Of a DNA stretch of 64,000 nucleotides, positions 36,721 through 46,474 are shown in pieces (position 1 is the stretch's first letter; every line of letters begins with the position of its first letter). The DNA lies in assembly GCA_902489795.1 (NCBI GenBank), contig CABUBU010000005.1:166-64165 (forward strand), written 5' to 3'. The DNA is from an uncultured Azospirillum sp. (GTDB lineage: Bacteria; Pseudomonadota; Alphaproteobacteria; RF32; CAG-239). Under the pieces are notes generated by a model. It worked only from the letters and a program-made list of their open reading frames with translations. It ran no database searches and was not told the DNA's origin. The position numbers and the translations under genes are program-made.

Positions 36721-36757
36721 ACAAGGCAGCTGTTATAAGCCGCCTTGTTTCGATTAA

Positions 36758-39598
36758 TCAGTTGAAAGTCCAGTTGAAACCAAACATCACCCGATAATCG
36801 GTCTCGGCATCTTTCTGATGATCGGGATTGAGCCGCATATCAAACTGTGCCTTAAAATTCATGTTCTCGTTAAGCTCCCGGTCATGATAAAATGAAAACT
36901 TGTATTCCCTGGCATCCGGCTTCATACTGGCACGAAACCGCTCGCGGTAAACTTCGTCGGAATAGTTGTCGCGTCCGACCGGCAGGTCAAAGGCAGCCGT
37001 GCCCTTGTAAATTCTGAGCGGCGAAGAAATCTGCAAGCCGACTGCATCGGTTTTGTTATAACGGTAATGGCCGTCCAGAGCAAAACTGTCGCTGACCAGT
37101 CGACTGGTCTGCATCAGATTAGAAGCGAGGTTTCCGGCATCGGTCCAGCCCTGATAGTAGACACCGCTCAAAAACAGATTCTTCAGCGGCGACCAGCTGA
37201 CCGAAAGCCCGGCATAACAGGTGCTCGAATCGCCGATATCAAAACCGCCGGTGCCGTTCAAACCGAGCATTGCGCTGTCTTCGTACAAAACACCGCTCAT
37301 CGCCGTCACCGTCAGATTATCCGTCAGACTGTAAGCAGCTGCGGAATCAAAACCATAAACCCGGTTGTCAAAATCGCGGTCGTTGTCATCCCGACTGCCG
37401 TCGTAAAGGCCGTTTTCGCCGGTAGCAAAGCCCATCGTCACCTTCCAGTCTGAAGACGGCTGATAGCGGCTGTAAACACCGTAAGCCGAGTTCATCGCCA
37501 TAAACGGATTAGCCAATGCCTTTTCAAAATAAGCATTATGGTTATAAAGCGTATTTTCCGTATAATAGAATCCGGCAGCATACCCCTCTCCGGCATATTC
37601 TGCTTCCATGGTGCCGAGACCACTCGCAGAATCCGCCAAAGCCGCCGGCGCATAGGAGAAAGCCAGATTGCCGCCGGCTGCTATCCTCCGCTTCGGCTGA
37701 TAGCGGGAAAAAGCATACAAATCGTTTTTGAAATTGCGCTCTCCGCTGTGGGTCATCTTCACAAAAGAAGAAATCGGCATCGCATAAGGACGTTTGTACT
37801 TGTCAAACGCAGTAACGGAACGCGGCATCTTCGCCGCCAGCGCACTCCTGAAAACGGCCGGCACCGACATTGTCGTCGAACGAGCCGCAATACCTTCCCC
37901 TTTCACGTTTGAGCCGGTAGCGATCATCAGTTCGCCCTGCGGCTGAGTCGCATTATTCAGATTGATCCGACCATGTCCGTAAATGGCATCCACGCCGACA
38001 TTCCCCAAATCATCGGCGGTTTCAAACACCAGACTGACCACTTCCTGCGGCGTCATGTATGGATAAGCGCCCATCAGAAAGGCAATACTGCCGGTAACCA
38101 CCGGCGCCGCCATCGAAGTACCGCTCATCGACCCGATCATATTGTCCTGATTGACAACCGACCAGATGTCTGTTCCCGGCGCAGCAATACAATAATTCTG
38201 TGCAGCTCCGCAAGCATTTGAATAGCTGGCCAGTTTATCATCCTTACCCAAAGCGACGACCGTCACGAACAAATTGCTCAAACTTTCCTTAAACTCGTCT
38301 AAGAGCGGTATTCCGTTCAAAACCCCTGGTTGTGCCTGACCTTCGTTACCGGCAGAAAAAACAAAAACAACGTTATTTTCAATCTGATAACGCACGCTGT
38401 CTATATGATCACCTAATTTATTTACATGTTTATTAATGGTAGAAGCATTCATATCTGGCGTTGAATCTACACCCAGACTGAAATTGACTACTTTCGCCCC
38501 CATGTCGATCACATCTTTTACCGGTGCCGAAATCGGCGACATCAAATCATAACGGGCAGCGATGATCGAGGCGTTTTCAAAAGCCACGCCGTGCATGCCG
38601 CCGCCATTTCTGTCAGCGGCAATAATGCCGGCCACATGGGTGCCGTGCGCATCTTCTTCCGACTTGTTCGGATAAAAGCCGGTGGCGCTGTCTTTTTCCT
38701 TGTTCCAATCATAACCCTCATCATAAGCAGACGCCCATTTGTCATACTCTTCTTTGCTGCCTTTACCTATCCGCGTAATGTGTACATCACCATTATCAAG
38801 TTTCAGATAAGTAACATTTGAATACCCTTTATAGTTTTTCGCCCACTGCCAGCAGTTGGTAGAGTTCCCGCTCTTGCTGCACGGACCGTAGTCATAATTG
38901 ACGCCGCTGATGTCGGTGGCGGCAAACTCCGCGTGAGCACCGTAAACACCGGTATCAACCACGCCGACGGCAACTTTTTCTAAAGAAGACACTGGTTCGT
39001 TTGACTTTACCCCGTAAAAACGCGCATAAGCTTCCGCCGCGCCGATCTGCGACAGGAAATTGCCTTGTTTGTATTCATCGGTCTGGAAAAATGAAGCATC
39101 AACTTCTTCTATAATATCACCACCGGGTTTTTCTCCCCCTCCATCGCCGGGGTTGATACCGTCGCCCCAACTGCCGTCCGATTTTGATCCGCCGCCGCTG
39201 CCGCCGGCGGCAATGGCCACGGTACCCCCGATCAGGGCGGCGGCGCCGAGATAGGTCGTCGGCCCCACGTTCCATACGAACTTGTCGTTTTTAACCGGCC
39301 GCACCGCTGCTTCCAGTTTTTTAACGCAGGGGTGGGCGGTGTTTGCTCCCATCTGCCGCAGCAGTTTATAAGCATTTTCGTCTTTGCGCACAATGGCAGT
39401 GCAAAGCGCCGTATTGCCGCGAGAATCCACGGCATCAAGAGAATAGCCGTTTCTCTTCAGCCGCGCCAGCGCCTCCCGATTGCGAAAATGCGCGTGATTG
39501 TAAATTGACGCCGCCAGATTATCCCCCTCCGCCGCCAAACAGTTTTCCGCTGCGCAGGCCAGCGCCGTCAGCAAACACAACACTTTACGGATATTCAT
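36758..39598 (-). CDS. Autotransporter with subtilisin (S8) passenger domain and N-terminal ankyrin-like repeat
   Basis: Signal peptide MNIRKVLCLLTALACAAENCLA (ATG at 39598). S8 triad blocks VGVVDTGV, HGTHVAGIIAA and GTSMAAPVVTG. The C-terminal ~280 aa form a beta-barrel ending GFNWTFN. An ANK-like segment DAVDSRGNTALCTAIVRKDENAYKLLRQMGAN follows the signal peptide. Confidence 0.88.
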   Translation of the reverse strand: MNIRKVLCLLTALACAAENCLAAEGDNLAASIYNHAHFRNREALARLKRNGYSLDAVDSRGNTALCTAIVRKDENAYKLLRQMGANTAHPCVKKLEAAVRPVKNDKFVWNVGPTTYLGAAALIGGTVAIAAGGSGGGSKSDGSWGDGINPGDGGGEKPGGDIIEEVDASFFQTDEYKQGNFLSQIGAAEAYARFYGVKSNEPVSSLEKVAVGVVDTGVYGAHAEFAATDISGVNYDYGPCSKSGNSTNCWQWAKNYKGYSNVTYLKLDNGDVHITRIGKGSKEEYDKWASAYDEGYDWNKEKDSATGFYPNKSEEDAHGTHVAGIIAADRNGGGMHGVAFENASIIAARYDLMSPISAPVKDVIDMGAKVVNFSLGVDSTPDMNASTINKHVNKLGDHIDSVRYQIENNVVFVFSAGNEGQAQPGVLNGIPLLDEFKESLSNLFVTVVALGKDDKLASYSNACGAAQNYCIAAPGTDIWSVVNQDNMIGSMSGTSMAAPVVTGSIAFLMGAYPYMTPQEVVSLVFETADDLGNVGVDAIYGHGRINLNNATQPQGELMIATGSNVKGEGIAARSTTMSVPAVFRSALAAKMPRSVTAFDKYKRPYAMPISSFVKMTHSGERNFKNDLYAFSRYQPKRRIAAGGNLAFSYAPAALADSASGLGTMEAEYAGEGYAAGFYYTENTLYNHNAYFEKALANPFMAMNSAYGVYSRYQPSSDWKVTMGFATGENGLYDGSRDDNDRDFDNRVYGFDSAAAYSLTDNLTVTAMSGVLYEDSAMLGLNGTGGFDIGDSSTCYAGLSVSWSPLKNLFLSGVYYQGWTDAGNLASNLMQTSRLVSDSFALDGHYRYNKTDAVGLQISSPLRIYKGTAAFDLPVGRDNYSDEVYRERFRASMKPDAREYKFSFYHDRELNENMNFKAQFDMRLNPDHQKDAETDYRVMFGFNWTFN

Positions 39599-39835
39599 AA
39601 GTTCCCCCCCGGTCAACAAATAATTTTTTTCAATCGTAGATGACATTGGCAAAAATGGTCAAAATAATTTCTTTCCGTCATATCACATAAGGTTTAAATT
39701 AAGATTTATATGATTATATAAAAAGCAGATTTTTTTAAACAGAAATTGACAAATTAGAAAAAAAGACTATATTATATTCAAATTTTTTGCTAATCCGTTA
39801 TATTGCAACTATCAATCAACGAAAGAGAAAAAGTC

Positions 39836-40537
39836 ATGAAAAAGTTATTTGTATTCTCCCTTCTGTTCCTGCTTGGCGCCTGCGCTGAAGGATCCATTTA
39901 TAAAAAGTACGATCAGGACTGCAACAATCATTTCTATTCCCGCAAAGACTGCCCGGCCAAAGAGGAAAAAGCCAAAATTGCAGAAAAAGCGCCCGAAAAA
40001 GTATACGTTTACCGGGAAGCAAGACCCGAGCCGCGCCGCATTACTCTGGTTGCCCAGCGTCCGGTTTATGTTGCCCCGCGCCCGGCGCCGATGCCGGCTC
40101 CCGCACCGGTTCCCGTAACCACCGTTAACATTCAGGCTCCGGCTCCCGCCCCCATCCCGACTCCTGTTGTTGTCAGCACTAACGGCTGCAACGGTTGCGC
40201 ACCGGTTGTCAGACAGACCCGCGAACCGGTTGAAGTCATCTATAAGAAAACCACCTACACCACGGTTTACGAACCGAAAACCACATCGACCGTCAGCTAT
40301 GAAAAAGAACCTGTCATCAATCAAAAAATCATTTCCAACACTCAGGTTGTCGCTCAGCCGGAAGTCAAAACGGTCGTTACTTCCCAGCCGGAAGTCAAAA
40401 CCGTAGTCACCACCCAGCCGCAGGTAAAAACCGTGGTCACCACCACGACCAAACCGGCGACCCGGAAAGTGTCCTACACCATTGAAAACACTCAGACCAC
40501 TGCTCCGAGCGAACTGCTGATTGAAGAAATCAAATAA
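39836..40537 (+). CDS. Proline-rich repeat lipoprotein
   Basis: MKKLFVFSLLFLLGAC lipobox, a PAPAPVP-rich segment, three tandem QPEVKTVVT(S/T) decapeptides, and a strong terminator. Confidence 0.75.
   Translation: MKKLFVFSLLFLLGACAEGSIYKKYDQDCNNHFYSRKDCPAKEEKAKIAEKAPEKVYVYREARPEPRRITLVAQRPVYVAPRPAPMPAPAPVPVTTVNIQAPAPAPIPTPVVVSTNGCNGCAPVVRQTREPVEVIYKKTTYTTVYEPKTTSTVSYEKEPVINQKIISNTQVVAQPEVKTVVTSQPEVKTVVTTQPQVKTVVTTTTKPATRKVSYTIENTQTTAPSELLIEEIK
40355..40444 (+). repeat. 3 x 30-bp in-frame tandem repeat
   Basis: CAGCCGGAAGTCAAAAC(G/C)GT(C/A)GT... repeated at 40355, 40385 and 40415. Confidence 0.9.
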
Positions 40538-40557
40538 GGAAACGACAGTTCCCGCCG

Positions 40558-40590
40558 ACACCGCCGTTTGAAAACGGCGGTGTTTTTTTA
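40558..40590 (+). terminator. Intrinsic terminator
   Basis: ACACCGCCGTT-TGAA-AACGGCGGTGTTTTTTT. Confidence 0.85.
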
Positions 40591-40686
40591 TGACAGCCCC
40601 GGCCGGCCCGGGGATTACGCTTCGAAAAACGGTTTGTCTTTTTGTCTTCCTGCCGTTATAATGGTTGCCGGGAAAGGAAAAAAGAA

Positions 40687-41517
40687 ATGAACAAAACGCG
40701 CGTGGCCGTCAAGGCCGTCATTGTTTGCAACGGTTGTTTTCTGCTGCTCGAACGCCGGCAAAACGGCGAAGAAGGAATATATGACCTGCCCGGCGGCGGC
40801 GTCGAAACAGGCGAAAGCCACACGCAGGCGCTGACAAGAGAGATATTTGAAGAAACCGGGTTAACGGTACGAATCAAACGCCCGCTCAGAACCTGGAGTT
40901 TTTCTCCCCGGGCGGGGGAAACGCTTTACGGCGTCACTTTTCTTGCCGAATACCTCTCCGGCACGGTCAGACTTTCCGCCGAGCACGGAAGCTGGCAATG
41001 GTTTCCTTTCAGCCACACGGCCGATGCCGGCCTGCCTCGCTGGATCCGCGACGAAAGCGCCCTGGCGGCGGAAGCCGTTGAACGGGAACGCAACGCCTTT
41101 TCCGTCACCCGCATTCACCGCGGCATCTACGGCGTTATCCGCCGGGAAGGAAAGATTCTGCTGATCCGCAAAAAACGGGGACCTTACACCGGCCTTTTCG
41201 ACCTGCCCGGCGGTTCGCCGGAAAAAGGTGAAAGCGAAGAACGGACGCTTGCCCGCGAACTGGAGGAAGAAACCGGCTGCCGTTTGCAAAGTGTTGGCGA
41301 ACGGAGGGAAGAAAATGTCTTTTTCCGCGGTTTTGTCGAAGACGACGGCCGCCCCGGCGGGCTGTTCCACACCGGCGTTTTATTCGACTGCACCGTCGAC
41401 GGCGTTCCCGACCGGGACATTTCCGACCTTGATTCCGACGGCGCTTCATGGATTGACGAAAAGGAACCGACGACGCAAAATGCCGCACCGATGGTTTTGG
41501 CTGCTCTCCGGCGCTGA
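40687..41517 (+). CDS. Tandem double-Nudix hydrolase
   Basis: Two Nudix boxes: GGGVETGESHTQALTREIFEETGL and PGGSPEKGESEERTLARELEEETGC. The start at MNKTRVAVKAV is preferred. Confidence 0.8.
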   Translation: MNKTRVAVKAVIVCNGCFLLLERRQNGEEGIYDLPGGGVETGESHTQALTREIFEETGLTVRIKRPLRTWSFSPRAGETLYGVTFLAEYLSGTVRLSAEHGSWQWFPFSHTADAGLPRWIRDESALAAEAVERERNAFSVTRIHRGIYGVIRREGKILLIRKKRGPYTGLFDLPGGSPEKGESEERTLARELEEETGCRLQSVGERREENVFFRGFVEDDGRPGGLFHTGVLFDCTVDGVPDRDISDLDSDGASWIDEKEPTTQNAAPMVLAALRR

Positions 41518-41600
41518 CCGCGAAGAGAAAACGTTGCCTGATTGAAAAACCTTCGGTTCGTACTTATATTCGAAAGAAAACAAATCAAACGGGAGAAAAA

Positions 41601-42479
41601 ATGAGCATATCGCAGGCCGTTTTCGCCGCCGGCTGCTTCTGGGGAATCCAGGCGGTGTTCGACACCGTGCCGGGAGTTGTGTCCACTACCGTCGGCTACA
41701 CCGGCGGACAAACGGAAAACCCGGACTACCGGCAGGTCTGTACCGGCGGCACCGGCCACACGGAGGCGGTCAAAGTCGTCTTTGACGACAAAATGGTCAC
41801 CTACAACCAGTTGCTGGACATTTTTTTTGCCAACCACGACCCGACCACGCTCAACCGCCAGGGATCGGACGTCGGCACCCAGTACCGGTCGGCCGTTTTC
41901 TGGTTCACGCCGGAACAAAAGAAAGAGGCCCTGGCCAAAATAGAAGAACTGAACAACTCGGGAACATATCCCGCGCCGGTGGTAACCGAAGTGGCGCCGG
42001 CTGCCGAATTCTATCCGGCCGAAGAATATCATCAGAAATACCTGGCCAAACAGGGAAAAGGCTGTTGCAGCAGAAAAACGCCGCCGCTGAACTTAAGCGA
42101 AGAAGAATGGAAAAAACGACTGTCGCCGGAACAATATAAAATTCTCCGCGAAAAAGGTACCGAAAAGCCGTTTTCCGGACAATACCTGAATATGAAGGAC
42201 GACGGCACCTTCGTCTGCGGCGCCTGCGGCAACCCGGTTTTCCGTTCCGGCGACAAATTCGATTCCGGCAGCGGCTGGCCGAGCTTTGACCGCGCCATTC
42301 CCGGCAGCATCAGACAAAATGCAGACTTCAGCCACGGCATGGTAAGGATTGAAGTTACCTGTGCGCGCTGCGGTTCCCATCTCGGACACGTATTTGAAGA
42401 CGGACCGACCAACACCGGCATGCGCTATTGCATCAACTCGGGCGCCATGAACTTCAAACCCGACGCAACAAAAGACTGA
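41601..42479 (+). CDS. msrAB: Bifunctional methionine sulfoxide reductase MsrA-MsrB fusion
   Basis: MsrA active site AGCFWG; MsrB zinc CxxC pairs (CGACGNP, CARCGSH) and RYCINS. Confidence 0.92.
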   Translation: MSISQAVFAAGCFWGIQAVFDTVPGVVSTTVGYTGGQTENPDYRQVCTGGTGHTEAVKVVFDDKMVTYNQLLDIFFANHDPTTLNRQGSDVGTQYRSAVFWFTPEQKKEALAKIEELNNSGTYPAPVVTEVAPAAEFYPAEEYHQKYLAKQGKGCCSRKTPPLNLSEEEWKKRLSPEQYKILREKGTEKPFSGQYLNMKDDGTFVCGACGNPVFRSGDKFDSGSGWPSFDRAIPGSIRQNADFSHGMVRIEVTCARCGSHLGHVFEDGPTNTGMRYCINSGAMNFKPDATKD

Positions 42480-42592
42480 ACCTTCCCCGGCCGGCCGCGC
42501 CGTTTTTCCGCCCGGAATTTCCCCCCCCAAAAAAAATTGAATGCCGGCGGCAAAAACTTTATTCTTGTTTTTTCACAACCCGGAGAAAAACA

Positions 42593-43057
42593 ATGGAAAA
42601 GATTTTCCGCTATTCAATCAAAGCCGTCATCATCCGCAACGGCAAACTGCTGGTCGAAAGCTGCGACTACGGCCGCGGCCGTTTCTGCAAACTGCCCGGC
42701 GGCGGCCACCAGTGGGGCGAAACCATGGAACAGGCTCTGATCCGCGAATGCCGGGAAGAACTCAACCTTACCGTCCGTCCGGAACGGCTGCTTTTTGCCC
42801 GCGACTATATCGCCAAAAACCACGATTCGCCTTTTGACGACCCCTGTTTTCATCAGGCGGAACTGATGTTCCTCTGTACGGTCAAAGACTTCTCGCCGCT
42901 TTGCAACGGCAGCATCCCCGACGGCGAAAAACAGCAAATCCGCTGGATCGAAATCGACCGGCTGGCCGATTCCGACTTTTTTCCCAAAGCAATCGTTCCC
43001 TGGCTTAAAAACATTGACAAAGTGACACAGACGATTGTCCTCGGCGACGTCAACTGA
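42593..43057 (+). CDS. Nudix hydrolase
   Basis: ATG at 42593 with GGAGA upstream. Nudix box PGGGHQWGETMEQALIRECREELNL. Confidence 0.8.
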   Translation: MEKIFRYSIKAVIIRNGKLLVESCDYGRGRFCKLPGGGHQWGETMEQALIRECREELNLTVRPERLLFARDYIAKNHDSPFDDPCFHQAELMFLCTVKDFSPLCNGSIPDGEKQQIRWIEIDRLADSDFFPKAIVPWLKNIDKVTQTIVLGDVN

Positions 43058-43211
43058 GCGCCGGCAACGCCCCGGCGCCGGTTCCGCCCCCGGATTCGCC
43101 CTCTCCGCCGGATATTCCGCCAATCCTCTGCCTCAGCCCGCATCAAACATGCCCTCCTTCGTTAACGGAAGCAATTCGGCCACACAACCGGAGCTTGTTT
43201 TTTGACACAGG

Positions 43212-43238
43212 AAAAGGGACGGTTTAGCCGTCCCTTTT
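43212..43238. terminator. Bidirectional terminator between the Nudix gene and the RND pump gene
   Basis: AAAAGGGACGG-TTTAG-CCGTCCCTTTT. Confidence 0.75.
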
Positions 43239-43280
43239 CTCCTGCTGCCGGAACATGTCTTCCAGCGCATTTTCCGCAAC

Positions 43281-46200
43281 TTACCGCAGTTTTCCCTTCA
43301 ACTGCGGACGGCCGAGCTTTTTCGCCCGTTTGCTGATCTTGCGACGGAGTATGTTTTCCTCGTCGAAAGTTTCGCCGATAATCGCAAACATCATCGGCAC
43401 AAACAAGGTGGCGACAAAGGTCGACAAAATCATGCCGCCGATCATGCCGGTGCCGATAGCGTGACGGCTGCCGGCGCCGGCACCGGTGGAAACGGCCAGC
43501 GGCAAAACGCCGAAGGTAAATGCCAGCGAAGTCATCACAATCGGACGGAAACGCAGTTTGGCCGCGCTGACCGCCGCTTCCGCATAAGTCAGCCCGCGCT
43601 GCACTTCCATTACCGCAAACTCAACGATCAGAATGGCGTTTTTCGCCGCCAGACCGATCAGGGTAACCAGACCAACCTGGAAATACAGATCGTTTTGAAT
43701 GCCGCGCAGATAAATTGCCAGCAAAGCGCCCAGTACCGCAAACGGCACCGACAGGATAACCACGAACGGCAGCGACCATTTTTCATATTGGGCGGCCAGA
43801 ATCAGGAAGATCATGATCAGACCGAAAACAAAGGCCTGGGTCGACGCGCCGCCGGTCAGCTTTTCCTGATAGGCGGAACCGATCCACGACAGCGAATAGT
43901 CGTCGCCCAGAACCTGACCGGCCACTTCTTCCATCGCCGCAATCGCCTGACCGGACGAATAACCGTCGCCCGGATCGCCCAGCACCTTGGCGGCCGGGAA
44001 AATGTTAAAGCGGTTAACCAGCTCCGGTCCGGTAACGCGCTCGACTTTCAGCAGAGTCGACAACGGCACCAGCTGCCCGCTGTTGGATTTGACATAAACG
44101 TAACGCAGGTCGTCCGGAGTGCGGCGGAAGCGTCCTTCCGACTGCAAAATCACCCGGAAATTACGGCCTTTGTAAGTAAAGTCATTAACATAAAGACTGC
44201 CGAAGGTTGACTGCATAACCGCATAGATGGCATCGATCGACACATTGAGGATCCTTGCCTTTTCGCGATCGAGATCAACCCGGTACTGCGGCGTGCTGAC
44301 CGAAAACGTGGTACGCACGTTTTTCAGCTCCGGCCGTTCGTTGGCGGCATTGACAAATTCGGTCACCTTGTCCATCAGCTCGTTTGAACTCTTGCCACCG
44401 CGGTTTTGGATATAACCTTCAAAACCGCCGGACATGCTCATGCCCATGATCGGCGGCATGGAAAAGGCATAGCCGATGCCCTCGGGCCGGCTCATGCCGA
44501 ATTTGGTATAAAGCTGAGCCAAAGCGTCCGCCGATTGGTCGGCGTTTTCCCGCAGTCCCCAGTCTTTTAAGATGATGAAGCTGATGCCCGAATAGGTGTT
44601 CTGGCTCGACGACAGCATATTGTATCCGTTAATCGTCAGCACGTTTTCCACGTTCGGATCCTTGTCCAGCAGTTTAACTACGGAATCGGTAAAATTCGTC
44701 GTCCGCCGCAGCGACGAAGCTTCCGGCATACTATAGGCCATCAGCAGGTTGCCCTGGTCTTCGCCCGGCACCAGACCGCCCGGCACGATCTTGAACAAAA
44801 AGGCAATCGCGGCCAGAACGGCGACGAAACTGACCGTTGCCGTTTTCCGGTGGTTAAGGAAGAAACGCACGCCGGAAAGATAGGCTTCCGTCACCCATTC
44901 GAAAAAGTTGTCAAACCATTTGAAAAAGCCTTTCGGTTCCTGATGCTGGCGGTTGGGCTTGATGATCAGGGCGCATAGAGCCGGCGTCAGCGTCAGCGCG
45001 ACAAACGCCGAAATCAACACCGAAACCGCAATCGTCACCGAAAACTGTTTGTACATAACGCCGGTCATGCCGCCCAGAAAAGCGATCGGCAAAAATACCG
45101 ACGACAACACCAGAGCCACTGCGACCACCGGTCCCGACACTTCCTGCATCGCCTTGATCGCCGCTTCTTTCGGGGTCAGCTTTTCCTCGCTCATCAAACG
45201 TTCGACGTTTTCCAGCACAATGATGGCGTCGTCAACCACGATACCGATTGCCAGAATCAGACCGAACAATGTCAGCAGGTTGATTGAGAAACCGAGCAGA
45301 TACATACCGGCAAACGCACCGATAATCGACACCGGCACCGCCAAAATCGGGATCAGGGTCGCCCGCATGTTCTGCAAAAACAAATAGACGACGACGATAA
45401 CCAGCAGCACCGCCTCAAAGAAGGTATGGATAACTTCGTTGATCGACACGTTCACAAACAAAGTCGTGTCATACGGAATTTCATAACTGATGCCGTCGGG
45501 GAAACTTTTCGACAGTTCTGCCATTTTGGCTTTGACCAGATTGGCCGTTTCCAACGCGTTGGCGCCCGGCTGCAGATAAACCGCAAAAGCCACCGCCGGT
45601 TCACCGTTGAAATAGGAATTGACGCTGTAGTCCTGCGCGCCGAGTTCGATCCGCGCCACGTCTTTCAAACGGAGAATACCGCCCTTGTCATCGCTTTTAA
45701 GAATAATGTTGCCGAATTCCTTTTCGTCGACCAAACGCCCTTTGGTGTTGACCGAATAGGTATAGGGCAGATATTCGTCCAGCGGTTCCTGACCGAACTG
45801 ACCGGCAGCAAACTGCGAGTTCTGCTCCTGTACGGCGGCAATCACGTCCTGCGGCGTCATGTCAAAATCCGCCAGTTTGTCGGGCGACAGCATAATCCGC
45901 ATCGAATAGTCCTGCGAGGCAAACAGCGAAGCGCTGCCCACGCCCTTGATACGGCGAATTTCGTCCAGCACGTTCAACAGCGCATAGTTGGAAACGTAAA
46001 TCGTATCATAGCGTTCGGAAGAAGACTTCATCATCACGACCTGTAAGATCGAGTTTGATTTCTGTTCAACCGTCACGCCCTGCTTGGTCACTTCGCTCGG
46101 CAGTTTGGAAGTCGCCGCCTGCACCTTGTTGTTGACGTCAATCGTCGCCTGATCAGGATCGGTGCCGATATCAAATACCACGCCGATGGTCAGATACCCC

Positions 46201-46457
46201 TGCGAAGTGGCGTTGGAATACATGTAGATCATGTTCTTAACGCCGTTGACTTCCTGTTCGATCGGCGCTGCCACCGTATCGGCCAGCACTTCCGCCGTCG
46301 CCCCCGGATAGGTGGCGCTGATCTGAATTTCCGTCGGCACGATGTTGGGGTACTGCTCAATCGGCAGCACCTTCATCGAAACCAACCCCGCCAGCACAAA
46401 AACCAGCGACACGACGGTCGCAAAAATCGGGCGGTCAATAAAAAACTTGGAAAACAT
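43281..46457 (-). CDS. RND multidrug efflux transporter, AcrB/HAE1 family
   Basis: 1058 aa. N-terminus MFSKFFIDRPIFATVVSL; 12-TM architecture with two large periplasmic loops. Confidence 0.93.
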   Translation of the reverse strand: MFSKFFIDRPIFATVVSLVFVLAGLVSMKVLPIEQYPNIVPTEIQISATYPGATAEVLADTVAAPIEQEVNGVKNMIYMYSNATSQGYLTIGVVFDIGTDPDQATIDVNNKVQAATSKLPSEVTKQGVTVEQKSNSILQVVMMKSSSERYDTIYVSNYALLNVLDEIRRIKGVGSASLFASQDYSMRIMLSPDKLADFDMTPQDVIAAVQEQNSQFAAGQFGQEPLDEYLPYTYSVNTKGRLVDEKEFGNIILKSDDKGGILRLKDVARIELGAQDYSVNSYFNGEPAVAFAVYLQPGANALETANLVKAKMAELSKSFPDGISYEIPYDTTLFVNVSINEVIHTFFEAVLLVIVVVYLFLQNMRATLIPILAVPVSIIGAFAGMYLLGFSINLLTLFGLILAIGIVVDDAIIVLENVERLMSEEKLTPKEAAIKAMQEVSGPVVAVALVLSSVFLPIAFLGGMTGVMYKQFSVTIAVSVLISAFVALTLTPALCALIIKPNRQHQEPKGFFKWFDNFFEWVTEAYLSGVRFFLNHRKTATVSFVAVLAAIAFLFKIVPGGLVPGEDQGNLLMAYSMPEASSLRRTTNFTDSVVKLLDKDPNVENVLTINGYNMLSSSQNTYSGISFIILKDWGLRENADQSADALAQLYTKFGMSRPEGIGYAFSMPPIMGMSMSGGFEGYIQNRGGKSSNELMDKVTEFVNAANERPELKNVRTTFSVSTPQYRVDLDREKARILNVSIDAIYAVMQSTFGSLYVNDFTYKGRNFRVILQSEGRFRRTPDDLRYVYVKSNSGQLVPLSTLLKVERVTGPELVNRFNIFPAAKVLGDPGDGYSSGQAIAAMEEVAGQVLGDDYSLSWIGSAYQEKLTGGASTQAFVFGLIMIFLILAAQYEKWSLPFVVILSVPFAVLGALLAIYLRGIQNDLYFQVGLVTLIGLAAKNAILIVEFAVMEVQRGLTYAEAAVSAAKLRFRPIVMTSLAFTFGVLPLAVSTGAGAGSRHAIGTGMIGGMILSTFVATLFVPMMFAIIGETFDEENILRRKISKRAKKLGRPQLKGKLR

Positions 46458-46474
46458 TGCTTTTTTCTCCCGGA

